From Moniliella sp. 'wahieum' (lineage: Eukaryota), in contig RSEE01000128.1 of assembly GCA_003971905.1 (NCBI GenBank), positions 1 to 64,000 of the forward strand: DNA of 64,000 nt, in the 5' to 3' direction. The notes under the pieces were generated by a model. That model was not told where the DNA came from. It was given only the letters and a program-made list of their open reading frames with translations, and did no database searches. Both the position numbers and the translations under genes were made by a program. Below are positions 40,488 to 51,799 of this stretch, one piece after another; the stretch's first letter is position 1, and each line of letters begins with the position of its first letter.

Positions 40488-42487
40488 CTAGCGTGGGCCA
40501 GCACCCGTACGCTCTGCCGCAACAAGCGCAGCAGTAGCAGCGGATCCCCTCCCCGTCACACGCCGCACCAGCACCAGCACCGCAGTGAGTAGGAGTGTGA
40601 CACTGAGCGTGTCGAGCGCCACGCGCGCCGCGAGGTACGCCAGCGCCAGCCCGATGCGTACCGGCGCAGAGAGCAGCACGTTCCCCAGCGCATGACCGAC
40701 AGTGGGTGTATGCGTGGACGTGTGTGGCTGCGTAGCGTCCACCCCCATGCCCATGCCCATGCCCATGCCCAAGTCTCTTCCGTCCCCGTCGCGCGACAGA
40801 CCCAGGACAACTCGCATATCTTGCGCGGCATTCCACAGCGCGCGGTGTAGGGGGACCAGTGCGCCAGCTGTTCCCGACGTTCCCACCCACCAGAACGGAG
40901 TCCACCCCTGCCCCCCCCTCCGACCCCCATCCCCGCCCCCATCCCCGCCCCCATCCCGGTACCCATCCCGGTACCCATTGGGCCCTCCAGAGCCGCGCGC
41001 TGCTCACGCGCGTCATGCGGTCGTGCAGCCCAAGCAAGCTCGCTTGGATCCCCTCCAGCGCCACGTCCACCGCATCTGCGCGCGTCGACCCGAGCCTCAC
41101 CGAGCCGGTGTGCGATCCCACATCGGAAATCCGAGGTAGACGAGGTTCTGCCTCACCTTGCGTGCGGCGGGTGGGATGCTTGCGTTTGTACTTGTCTGGG
41201 CCGAACCAGCGCCGAGCTACTCCGGCCTCCGACCGACGAAGCAGCGTAGGTTGACGATCCCGCCCCGGGCCGCGCCGAACGGTACAGTCCCGCAGTCGGA
41301 TGCGCCAAGGGCCCGGCCGCTTGACCTGACGCGCTCTGTGGCCCCGCGGGGGGGGGTAGCGGCCAGACCAGGCATGGGACAGACGCTTTCGGACCCAGGC
41401 TGGTGCCACTGCGATTGGGCGTGCGACTGCGCGTGCGGGTGCACTTGTGGTTGTGGCGGGTGCGGTGGCTGGGTCGGGACCTGGGTCGAGGACGAACCCA
41501 GCTCGTCCCGGTCCCTCCTTCCTGCGTGGGAGGGGGTGCGCAGCAGCACGTCCGAGCGGGGTAGTGCGGCTTGGTGGTGGCGCTAGCACTGGCGCGGGAT
41601 GCTGATGTCACCGACTCGCACCCGGCCGGCCGAGGCGCTGCGAACCCCATCGGAAGCGGGTAGGACGAAGCTAGTGGTAGTTGTGGTAGTGCTGGTGGTA
41701 GTGCAGGTGGGGGGGGGGGGGAAGGCTGCCATGCCACCTCCGTCTTACCTGAGAGCGAGGGGGGCGGGGAGGCCAAGGTAGAGCTAGAGGTTGGGTGGTG
41801 GTGCCGAGTTGTGCGCGGTGCCGATCCGGACGCGCCGGTCGTCTCCCCTCCTTCGTCGCCTCGCCTCGCCATCGTCATGGTCTTGGCTGCGGGGGGAAGC
41901 GCGCCGGAGCACCGGACGGGACGCGCGGGTGCGAGTCGGATTGCGATTGCGATTGCGATTGCGAATGCGAATATGAATGCGAATGCGAATGGGAGGGGGA
42001 AGGGGAATCCTCCTCCTCCTCTCCTCCCCCTCCTCTCCTCCTTCATCGTCGTACTCGTCATACTGGCTGCCTTCGCCGGTAGCGTCCGAGTCGGTATAGT
42101 CCTCATCGGTGGTGACCAAGGTAGAGTCCATGACCTGTTCCGCGATCTGGTCCGAAAAGTTCTCCAACTCCTCAATCAACGCCATGGCCTGGGGGCGATC
42201 GCGGTAGCGGCGCAAGGTGCGCAGCATAGCCTCGACATAGAGTTGCTTTGCGTCGCGGGCACGGAGGCCGCGTCGCGCAGCCCACGCATCCCACTTGGCG
42301 CGCCCGAGCATGTCGAGCAGCCGGGGCCGCGGCGCGCTGACATCGCCCTCGGTCGCTTGCTTGTAGAGGCTGTACAGCGCCAGCTTTCCTCGTACGACGT
42401 CTGGATCGGCCCGGCCGGCGGCGGCAGCGATTGCGCAATGGCCACCGTGTGGCTGAACAGCGCGTCAATCACATCGTCGCTGCTCAT
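40488..42487 (-). CDS. Acyl-CoA-binding (ACBP) domain protein with C-terminal coiled coil and membrane anchor (Atg37/ACBD5-like architecture)
   Basis: IDALF..TV..AQSLP..GPIQTSYEE, LALYSLYKQATEGD and MLGRAKWDAW...G...AKQLYVE. VDVALEGIQASL..LHDRM coiled coil and a hydrophobic C-terminus. Confidence 0.85.
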
Positions 42488-42852
42488 CGCGACGGCGCGC
42501 AGGGCTTGGGGCGACGGCAGAGCAGCGATGGCAGAGCAGTCGACGCCGACGGCCACCGGCGCGGTGGGGGGGAGCGCCGAGCTGGACGCGGGCGGGGCAT
42601 TCCGCCCAGCGGGCACGGGGGCAGTGTGCCGGTGCTCCCGCAGGCGGCGCGGGGCGCTGCGAGTGGGTGAAATGTCGGCCCAGGAGCTGCTGTGCTAACA
42701 CCAGCGCCCCCACCACACACGTGGGCTGCGCCCCGAGCGAGCAGGATGTGGGCGCTTCCATTCTTGTATCTCTTCGATCCTACGGCGTAACCCCCTCCCG
42801 AAACCACCATCACCAGGTGGGAACGAAGGAGGGATTAACAAGGGAACGAATT

Positions 42853-42996
42853 CTATCCATCTATCCATCTATCCATCTATCCATCTATCCTATCATATCC
42901 ATCTATCCATCTATCCATCTATCCATCTATCCATCTATCCATCTACCCATCTACCCATCTACCCATCCACCAATCTATCCATCCACCCATCCATCA
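42853..42996. repeat. (ATCC/ATCT)n tetranucleotide microsatellite, intergenic
   Basis: Tandem CCATCTAT/CCAT units. Confidence 0.9.
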
Positions 42997-43116
42997 ATCA
43001 AAGCAGCCAGTGAAGTGCGAAAGTGTGAAGTGGAAGTGGGAAGTGGGAAGGGCAAGTGCGAGGCGAAGCGTGGGGGGGGTAAGCTACAACCACTGCAGGA
43101 CGGACGACGACGACCG

Positions 43117-46033
43117 TTAGCTCGACGTGGCAGTCACCGTGCTCTCGGGCACAGGAGAGGCCTTGGTCTCCTTTTGCTTTTCCGTTTCCTTCTCCTCTTC
43201 TTGCCTTCGGCCTTGGGTTCGACCTTCGTCTCAGGTTTCACCTCGGGCTTCACCTCAGGCTTCACCTCAGACTTCACCTCAGGCTTGGCTCGGGCTTCAC
43301 CTCCGGCTTCACCTCGGGCTTGGCCTCGGGCTTGGCCTCGGGCTTGGCCTCGGGCTTGGACTTGGGGGCATTGTTGGCGTCGGACTTGGTCTCCGAGGTA
43401 GGTTCGGGGGTAGGCTCCACCTTGGTTTCCGCCTTGGGTTCCGACTTGGGTTCCTTGCCACGGGCGCACTTTTGCCCTCGCCAGCTTTCTTGTCTTTGCT
43501 CGAGTCCTTGCCCGTATCCTTGCCCGTGTCCGCCGCCTTGGAGCTGTCCTTGCCTTTGCCAGGGGGGTCCTGCCCCGCGCGTTTGTCCTCGCCCTTCTTC
43601 TTGCCCTTGCCGCGCGCACGACGGTCACGCTCATCGGCCGTGTCGGGATCGGTACCCTGGACGGAAACGACTGATCCCGTCTTCTTCCTCTCCTCCTTCT
43701 TGGTGTCCGTGTCCCTCTTGCTCCCCCCTTCTTTCTTCGTACCGGTAGGATTGCTGTTACTGTTACTGTTACTGTTACTGTTACTGTTACTGTTACTGTT
43801 ACTGTTACTGTTGCTGTTGTGTTGTTGTTGCTGGTTGATGGATGATCAGGCTTCTTACGCTCGCGAGCTTGGTCGGACGAGGCAGTGCGTCCATCGCGTT
43901 TAGGCCGGAAAGCACGTTGCAACGTCGGCGTACACGTCCTACCTTCGCGCGTAGTCAACACGGCCCTCGTCGCACCCAATTGCAACGCTTCCTGCACCGC
44001 CGCCTCCGACGCAAACGTCACGTGTGCAAACCCTTTTTGAACACCCGCCCCAGTCGCACCAGCACCAGCACCGCGAGCATCCGAGTCCGTGTCTCCCCCA
44101 CCGCCACCTCGACTACCCCCACGCGGGTTGTGCGTGGGGATGGTAATGTCGGTAATCTGCTTGGCCAGCCGGTGGGAAGTAACTTTGGATCGCCAACGGC
44201 GTCACGGGCAACGCACTGCCCAACCCGGCCATGTGGAGCGTCAACACTGGTTCCCCACTCTGTCCAGCCCCAGTCCCACCCCCAGTCCCAGCTCCAGTCC
44301 CCGACGCCGACGCCGACGCCGAAGCAGAACCGCGAGCAGCGGCACTAGGTCCGCCGCTGGCCTGGGCCGGCGACGTGCCGGACCGACGCCGGCACCGGCA
44401 CCGGGCCCGGCGGACGCAGCAAGGGCGGTACGTTCCCACGGCGCAGGGCCGCGCGTGGGGGGGGGGTTGTTTCGGAAGACTGGCCGGGGCAGGCGGGAGC
44501 GAAGCGGGTTTGAGAGCGGAAGCGGAAGCGGGGGCGGGTGCTGCTGCTGCTGCTGTGGCGGCGGCGGCGGGTGTGGTCTGGTTCGGAGCTGGACCTGACG
44601 CTGGAGCTGGTGCCGAAGCGGGAGCAGGGGCGAGAGCGGGAGCTGGGGCGGGAGCTGGGAGCTTGGAAGGAGCCGCATGGCCCGCGCGGCGGTAGGCAAA
44701 GTTGAATCCTTGCGACTTGGTAGTGGCTGAGATACGGCCTTGGTGAATGTCGAGGGTGAGGGAGCCGTGGCGGCATCGGGCAAGTTCCAGTTCCAAATGT
44801 TTTCCAGGTTGCCTCTTCGGCAGCCGAGGGGTGGGAGGCCGCGCCGCCGCCTGCTTGGGACGGGGTGGGTCCAGCAGGAATGCGGTTGATGACGGCCAAC
44901 GCGTTGCGGAGGAGCACACGTTGGTGATCGTCAATCACTTCTTCCACCTTGGTCTTGACCGTGTCCCATACCTCGTAAAAGGCGTTGCGGGAAGCGATGA
45001 GCTTGGCACGAAAGTTTTCCGGGTCGTGCTGGACGTTGAACTCATTGTAGGATACAGCGTAGCGGAAGTGCAAGCCGGCCGAGATGGTCAGGTCGGCACG
45101 CAGCGCAATGGCCAGCAGCGCCAACAAGCCTTCCCGCCCTGGCGCGACATGGGTCAAGAGCAAGCGCGTCTCGGACGCATCGTACACTTTTTGTGGGTAT
45201 CGATCAGCTCGCCAATCTGCAACAACGTTGTCCACATCGTTCCTTGACCCCCGGCAATCGTCGCGTTGCCCAGTCCATTGTCAAACAACTTGTGCATCAC
45301 CACCGTTCCGCCCAGGCCGAGCAAGCGCAAGCGCACGCCACCCACCTCGATTGCTCGTGTCGTAGCCTCGTCGAGGACATGGAGATTGTGCACGCTGTAC
45401 TCGCCCGTGCGGAACTTCTCGAGGACCTCGACGTCTTCACAGGCGCCCCAGACGGTGAACACGGGCACCTGCAGCGTCAGCTGGCCCGAGAGCAATTGGG
45501 GGAACTCGGAGAGAAGCTGGGCGGTGCCTGGTGGGCGACGGCGGTGCGCAGCGCGGCGTTGGCCACGGGACCCGAGCCGCCCTCGAGCGACAGCAGACGG
45601 GAGCGCTCGTGCTCGGGCACAAGGGGCGAGTACTGGATGAGGTGGCGCAGGGTGCGGTCCGAGATGCGCTCGAGGCTCGACTGCTCGTAGAACGCAAAGT
45701 CGCCCGTGTGGATCACTGCGTCGGCCGGGTCTCGGCCGCGAGTGGTTGAGGAGCGCGAGCTTGCCTGCGTCGGACGGCACGGGGCGCGGTCAGCGAGTGT
45801 GGCGGAGGACAGGGGGCAGGGGGGGGGGGGGGGGGGGAGTACGCACCACGCACATCGGCAATGCACAGGATGCGGCCATGGGGGCCGTCGATGACGTGGA
45901 CGCCGTCGCTGACGGCGGAGGGCGTGAGCTGGAGGGCGGGGGCGGGGGCGGGGGCGTGTGGGTGCGGGTGGGGTGTGGCGGGGGCTGCTTGTGTGGGGGC
46001 GGCGGCCGCGGGGGCGGGGGCGGGCGTGGCCAT
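43117..46033 (-). CDS. Calcineurin-like metallophosphoesterase-fold (DUF2433) protein with C-terminal RRM-like domain
   Basis: [42 protein letters not shown] and [17 protein letters not shown]2-like LHMAGL and RNP1-like KGFAHVTF. Intron at about 45765-45845. Confidence 0.8.
43755..43812. repeat. (CTGTTA)n microsatellite in coding tail
   Basis: About 9 tandem hexamers. Confidence 0.9.
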
Positions 46034-46930
46034 GGCGCGGGGTGCGGGTGGTGGGGAGGCAGAGGGGCGGGGCGGAGGGGAGGCGGCCGAGGGGCGGATG
46101 GATGCGCTTGGGCGGCCGGCGTGGCGCATCCCGCCCACACAGGCGCTGTGCCCGCACCCCAACCCTACTGTGGCGCGCGCGCCCCTTGCAGTCGGAGCGG
46201 TAGCCTGAAGTGGTCACGTCGGAATCAGCACTTCCGCCCGCTGGATGGGTTGGGTTACGCCCATCCGTGCGTGGCCCAGCCGCCGTCCGATCCAGATGAC
46301 CAATCTGGCCCAGACGGAGCACAGAAGCAATGCAGGAAAGATACACAGAAATGACGAGGATCGATGGTCGAGATGGCCGGTGACCCGAGGCGCAGCCGGT
46401 GTGGCTCGTGCGGTCAGCGTGCTGAGTACTGACTGAGTGGTGCTGAGCAGGCCAAGTGCGTGGAGGACTAACTCAGCGTTGAGAGTGAGGTTGAGGTTGA
46501 GGTTGAGGTTGAGCGCGGGGCACTCACTCGCACTGCGGCCTCAGACCGAGGTAGGAGGACCGGAGGAGGCGGCTGGGGCGGCCGCGCGCGAGTGTGCCCC
46601 CGTGCGGCCCCTCCAAAGTTTGGACCAGCCAGCAGGGGGCGTGTGTCCTCCGACCTCCGCACCAGCCCAGTCTCCCGCCGCGTGGCTGCGTCGCCAGTGT
46701 GATATTTTTCCAAGTTCAGTCCTACGCAGTCGAGTCCTCCGTTGAGCACCCGCTGGGTCTGCGCTTGCCTTGGGGCGAGCAAGAGGCTGCTGGGGTGCTT
46801 CGATATCGTATCGATGGGGGCATCGCAGATCGCACGTCGTAACTGGCACCTGGCAGCCCCCACCGGTGCCTGTCTCCTGTTCCCTGTCGCCCTTCCCTCC
46901 TCCTCCTTCCTTCTGCCACCACTGGCTGCC

Positions 46931-48997
46931 ATGTCTGTTCTCCTCCGGCCCCTTCGTCTCGCCCCCCGGCGCGTCTTTCTTCCCGTCTTGGCCTTGGCCC
47001 GCGCAACGGTGCCGGTGCCAGTGTCCGCCGCTCCGTCCTGCTCGGCGGGCCGAGCGTGGCCGCCGCCCCTGCCCCACCGGCACGCTCGTGCGTACGCTGA
47101 GTGGCTCGTCGCGCGTGCTCGAGGCGCCCCCGCCCTTGTCGCCCACCCCGGCCGCACCAAGATGACCGGCGACGAGTTTGGGGAGGACGCGTTGGCGCTC
47201 AACCAACTGCTGCACCAAGTGCGGCAAGGCGCGGCGCCCATCCCGATTCCGACGCGGATGGCGCCGATGCACACGTGGGCGGAGGAACGGCGTCGGATGG
47301 GCCTGCCGTCCGAGACGGGCCAGGCCGAGCTGCGCGCCGCCGTCGAGGCATTTGAAGCGTTGCCCCTGACGCCGAAAAAGATGGCGGATTCCTTGGTCGA
47401 GCTGCAGCTCAACTTTACCGAGTCGAGCAAGTTGGTGGAAGACTACATTGCCACCTCGGGCCTGATCCGCCTGGTAAGATCTGGGAAGATTTGGATGGCA
47501 TGGCGGCCGCGGTGAGTTATCTCCATGCTATGGGCCGCTTGCCTTCCAACCAAGATCAAGGGTCCCCCGTGTTACCGTCACGGCCTCGGTGGATCGGTTG
47601 GAACTGTTGCGGCCGTTGCCCGCAGTGCAATTACCACCTGATTGGTATCACCATCTACGTTGGGTCCTCCTCGATGGAAGTCTTGACGGCCATTGAGGAA
47701 ATCACGCCGAGGGTCAGCGCGAAATCATCATGACGGGCATGTACGTTGTTGGGCTTCCTTCTCCTTTGTTTTTTGTGGATATTTGATTGGGGTGGACAAA
47801 AGGAAAACTAAGGTGTGTGTTCTTGGCATGAGGACGGATTGCTGACCTATGTTTCCCATTCCCTTGCCTTTTTTGCCTTTTGCCTTTTGCCTTTTGCCTT
47901 TTGCCTTTTGCCTTTTGCCTTTGCCTTTTGCCTTTTGCCTTTTGCCTTTTGCCTTTTGCCTTTTGCCTTTTGCCTTTTGCCTTTTGCCTTTTGCCTTTTG
48001 CCTTTTGCCTTTTGCCTTTGCCTTTGCCTTTTGCCTTTTGCCTTTGCCTTTTGCCTTTTGCCTTTTGCCTTTGCCTTTTGCCTTTTGCCTTTGCCTTTGC
48101 CTTTTGCCTTTGCCTTTTGCCTTTTGCCTTTGCCTTTTGCCTTTTGCCTTTTGCCTTTTGCCTTTGCCTTCCGTTAGTTTCACCATGGCCTCGCGTAACG
48201 CGTTGACCCAACGTGCGCAGCGTGTTGCACCCTTGGCCTTGAACACGCCCGCGGAAAAAACAATTGTCGGCGCGGGGCGGGCGCACAAGGAGCGCAAGAT
48301 GGCGTTATCGAAGCGGTCGTTGGAACGGCAGCCGCCGACGCAGGAAGAAGCACAGGTACTGCACGCTGAGTTTTTGCGCGACCGCGATTCGCTGCAAGCG
48401 TCCATGGCGCATACTTTGGCCAGTGCGGGTGGTCGTTAGGCCCGCCCACGAGCGCGTACGAACCGAGTCATGGGCCTGAAACGGAGCAGGTGGTGGATAT
48501 CTCCACCACCACCATCTCTAGCGTGCACCACATTCATCCCCAATCGAGCAACTTTCACCTGTTCACCTTGGTGGGACTCTGATCCGGTTTGCGTACGAGT
48601 TGGCATGGATGAACGCGGCCATGTTCGCAAATGCCTACGTCACCTTCCTCTCTCGACACGCTCATCTTCCACACACCCGTGCCTATTGGCTCGGCTCAAC
48701 CTCTCCTCCTCCATCACCTACACTTCCCAGCGCAAAGACCAACGCGACGGCGTCACGGACCAGCCTGTCCGGGCGGCCGTGGCGGTGTGGGTGGAAATTG
48801 TGGATATGGTCACAGGCGTCCGCACTAGGTCCAACACGTTTTACTTTACGTTTGCCATTGGCTCTACCAAGCGCCGCGTCGCGCCCTATACTTACCCCGA
48901 GGCCATCGAGTGGATCGAGTCCAGGCGCCGCATCGCCCTTGGCGACGCGTTCCGCGCTCGCAGAGATACTCTCTCGCTGCCGTCCAAGGCAAAGTAA
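46931..48997 (+). CDS. Mitochondrial double-hotdog acyl-CoA thioesterase (ACOT9-like)
   Basis: Presequence, KKMADS.VELQL, YI..SG.IR.GKI, TASVDR, YVGSSSMEV, FTMASRN, PPT.EEA..LH and SNTFYFTF...V.PYTY.EA..WIE.RR. Intron 47741-48177. Confidence 0.85.
47864..48170 (+). repeat. (TTTTGCC/TTTGCC)n intronic microsatellite, ~300 bp
   Basis: Mixed 7- and 6-nt units with no adenine, lying between the branch motif GCTGAC (47841-46) and the 3' AG (48176-77). Confidence 0.95.
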
Positions 48998-49899
48998 CCT
49001 GGTACATAACGCATCATGGTCCTCTCTTCGGGGCGGTACACCCCCCCGGTCCCCTCTCTGGGACGACTCGCCTCACCTGGAGGGGTGGTACCCGTCATGC
49101 TGCGCTCCCCCTTGCTCGTGGTAGGGGTGAGACGACTCGGACGCGAGGCGAGACGAGGCGAGGCGATGCACGCACGGTTTGGCTATTTTTCATCCATTCA
49201 ACTCATCACATGCAGTACACCCCTACTATCCATCGCCGCCTTCGACTGCTGCCTAGATTTTTGTGTCTGCGTCTCTGTGAGATTCAGTCCCTATCCCGCA
49301 TGTATCTAGAATGTGGATTGAGGGACGTGGGGACTTTGGGACTTTGGTAGACTTATGCGAGAGTGAAAGGATGGCAGGAAGGAAGGGAGGAAAAAGGACG
49401 CGCAGAGAGAACAGAGGTGCATCGTATATACTCACCCCTCTTTGAGCCAAGGTTTGCGCTCGCTTCGTGCGCCACCGTCTGGCCGTGGTACATGGGACGT
49501 TGGGAGAAGGTGGTACTGGGTGGCAGTGGTAATGACCCGGCTGCCTTCCCAAAGAACAGTCGTACCGTACAATCCCGTCCCAGTTCCGTTGCATGCACCT
49601 CCTCCCTCCCCGGGCACACTTTGGGATACACCAAGCACCCACATCTACCGCCCCCTCCGCCTCCGCATCTACCTAACGATCTACCGACTCCCCTCGGCGC
49701 GGTGAGTGCTGGCATGCATGCAGTGGCGGGGTTCAAGGACAGCTTGGGGTTGCGCTGCTGCCTGGGATTTCGTTGGCCACTAAATTTCGCGCCGGTGCAG
49801 TGGCAGTGGCAGCGGCAGTGGCAGTGGTAGTGGCCGTGATGGCAGTTGCACGGGAAGATGGAGGGGGTAGGCTTTTAGGCTTTTAGGCATTTTATGCTT

Positions 49900-50383
49900 A
49901 GGCTTAAGCCAGCGATGCTGGCTGTACGTCGCGCACTTTCGTGCGATCCACATGTGAGGTTCGTACTCGTACTGGAGCAAAGTTCTACTTTGTCCTGGGC
50001 CGGTGTAAGTTTGTGGTGGCAAGCGGCGTTGTTCGAGCAATTCGAATCCGAGTGCCGGGAGCAAGTCCATTACTTCGTCCAGCATCAACTCCACTCCGCC
50101 GGCAGCTTGGGCAGGGTCGTGCGCGTCCGACGTCAACGGTAGCGTTGATGGCGGTCTGTGCACAGGAGCGGGCCGACGTTGATCCATACCCCGCCCACAC
50201 GTAGCGCTTGTTTGATCGTCTCTAGGTACCGGATCACGTTGGTTGCCGTGTCGAGAAAGTAGACGGTCGTCACGGCATCCCATTGACCCGCTTCGTCCGG
50301 TTTGGTGTACACTTCGACAAACTGCAGTGCACCGTACAGCGCGCCAAGTCAGCAACAACAACAACATCATCGTCAGCATCGTT

Positions 50384-50417
<34 letters not shown>

Positions 50418-51699
50418 ACATCTCCACCTCCACTCCTGCCTCGTCCGCCTTGACGTTCCACCCTGGGGCGTGCGAAAGGAGAAGCGGGGGTCAACGTACC
50501 TCACCAGCAACCATGCTGAACTGGGCGTCGGGAGGCAACTGTTCGGCGGGGGCGACGTCGGGCACGCGAATGGGCCGGAGCATGTCCTTGGCCGAGGGCC
50601 AATTGTTAGCGGAATGCACAAACGGTGTAGAGGGTAAACAAGTGTGGTTCCGAAGCAACGTTGAGCACCAAATGCGATGCTAGCAACATGTAAAATAAAT
50701 TCGTTTCCTTGACTCGCATACCCACGCGCTGCAATCTCATATGCCAACCGTCCAAGACCTGCGCCGGGGACTAAACACGTTCACTCGTCCAGAGGGCCCA
50801 CGTCCCCCCACCCGCGGATCCGGAAAGTACCGATCCAGAGCGTCCAGTACCGGCTCGTACGCTCCTTTTCGTTCACTCGCGCCTTCGCTACTCCAGTCCC
50901 GCACGAACTGCTTCAGCGTACTGATCACCTTGCCCACCTCTTCGCCCCCGGTTAGAGGACCGGCATCAAACTCCTCCGAAGAAGGCGAATGGGCAGGCCA
51001 TGGGCATGGCCATGGCCGTGCGAGTGATCATGCTCATGCGAGTGATCATGCTCATGCGAGTGATCATGCCCATGGGAGTGATCATGCTGATGCGAATGAC
51101 CATGCTCACCATGCGCATGGGAGTGGTCATGCCCATGTGAGTGGCCATGCTACCCTGCTCATGGCCATGAGCATGGCCATGCAGGTGCGAAGCGTCCGGA
51201 GCATCGGTGGGATCAGTCATCAAGCCCAAAAACCCGCGCGCTTGGGAGGCAATCAAGCTGGTCACATCGGCATTGCGTCGGATGCGATCGTCCATCTCCT
51301 TCAACCGGGCCAACACGCCGTTCGACCGGCACCAGCTCAGGATCGGTGCCTTCGGGCAACGCACCGCACCGCCCACGCGCCCTAGCAAAGTTTGGTGCTC
51401 CCGGCGCAGCGCAAGAAAGGCACGACGACGCACGGCGTTACCTCCCAACTGACCCCGGTGGCGACCCATGGTTCAGGAAGTACAAAAGAAGAAAACCAAA
51501 GCAAACAGCCAAATAGCAAGCAAGTGTTAGCGTGAGAAGAACATGTCATAACCCGCCGACGCAAGAGTGCCCGAGAAGCGAGGCGTACCGAGTAGGACAG
51601 GTAGGCCTCAAACGCTCGCACGACAGCCAGCATCGTCTCGGCCTCGGCGGCCTGGTCGGCGGCGGTGGGGGCGTAGTCGGGCTTGGGCTCGATGGACAT
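49900..51699 (-). CDS. Carnosine/histidine N-methyltransferase (CARNMT1, N2227-like)
   Basis: [19 protein letters not shown]...[48 protein letters not shown]...Y and [11 protein letters not shown]. Two introns (about 51455-51587 and 50325-50498). The 3' end is approximate. Confidence 0.9.
50998..51182 (-). repeat. His-rich coding repeat (HDHSHE-like 18-bp units)
   Basis: Tandem GAGTGATCATGCTCATGC on the + strand; the minus strand reads CAT-NNN-CAT codons. Confidence 0.8.
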
Positions 51700-51799
51700 G
51701 AGCGCGGCGGAGCGAGGTGGGATGGAGGTGGAGGTGCGGACGGGAAGCGCGGCTGGCAGGGACTAGGGATGGGCGATCGTCGATCGATGGGGGGGGGAC

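Noticed and set aside
47714..48439. ORFs with KGKRQ or FAFCLLP repeats
   Set aside because: These are translations of the intronic (TTTTGCC)n microsatellite.
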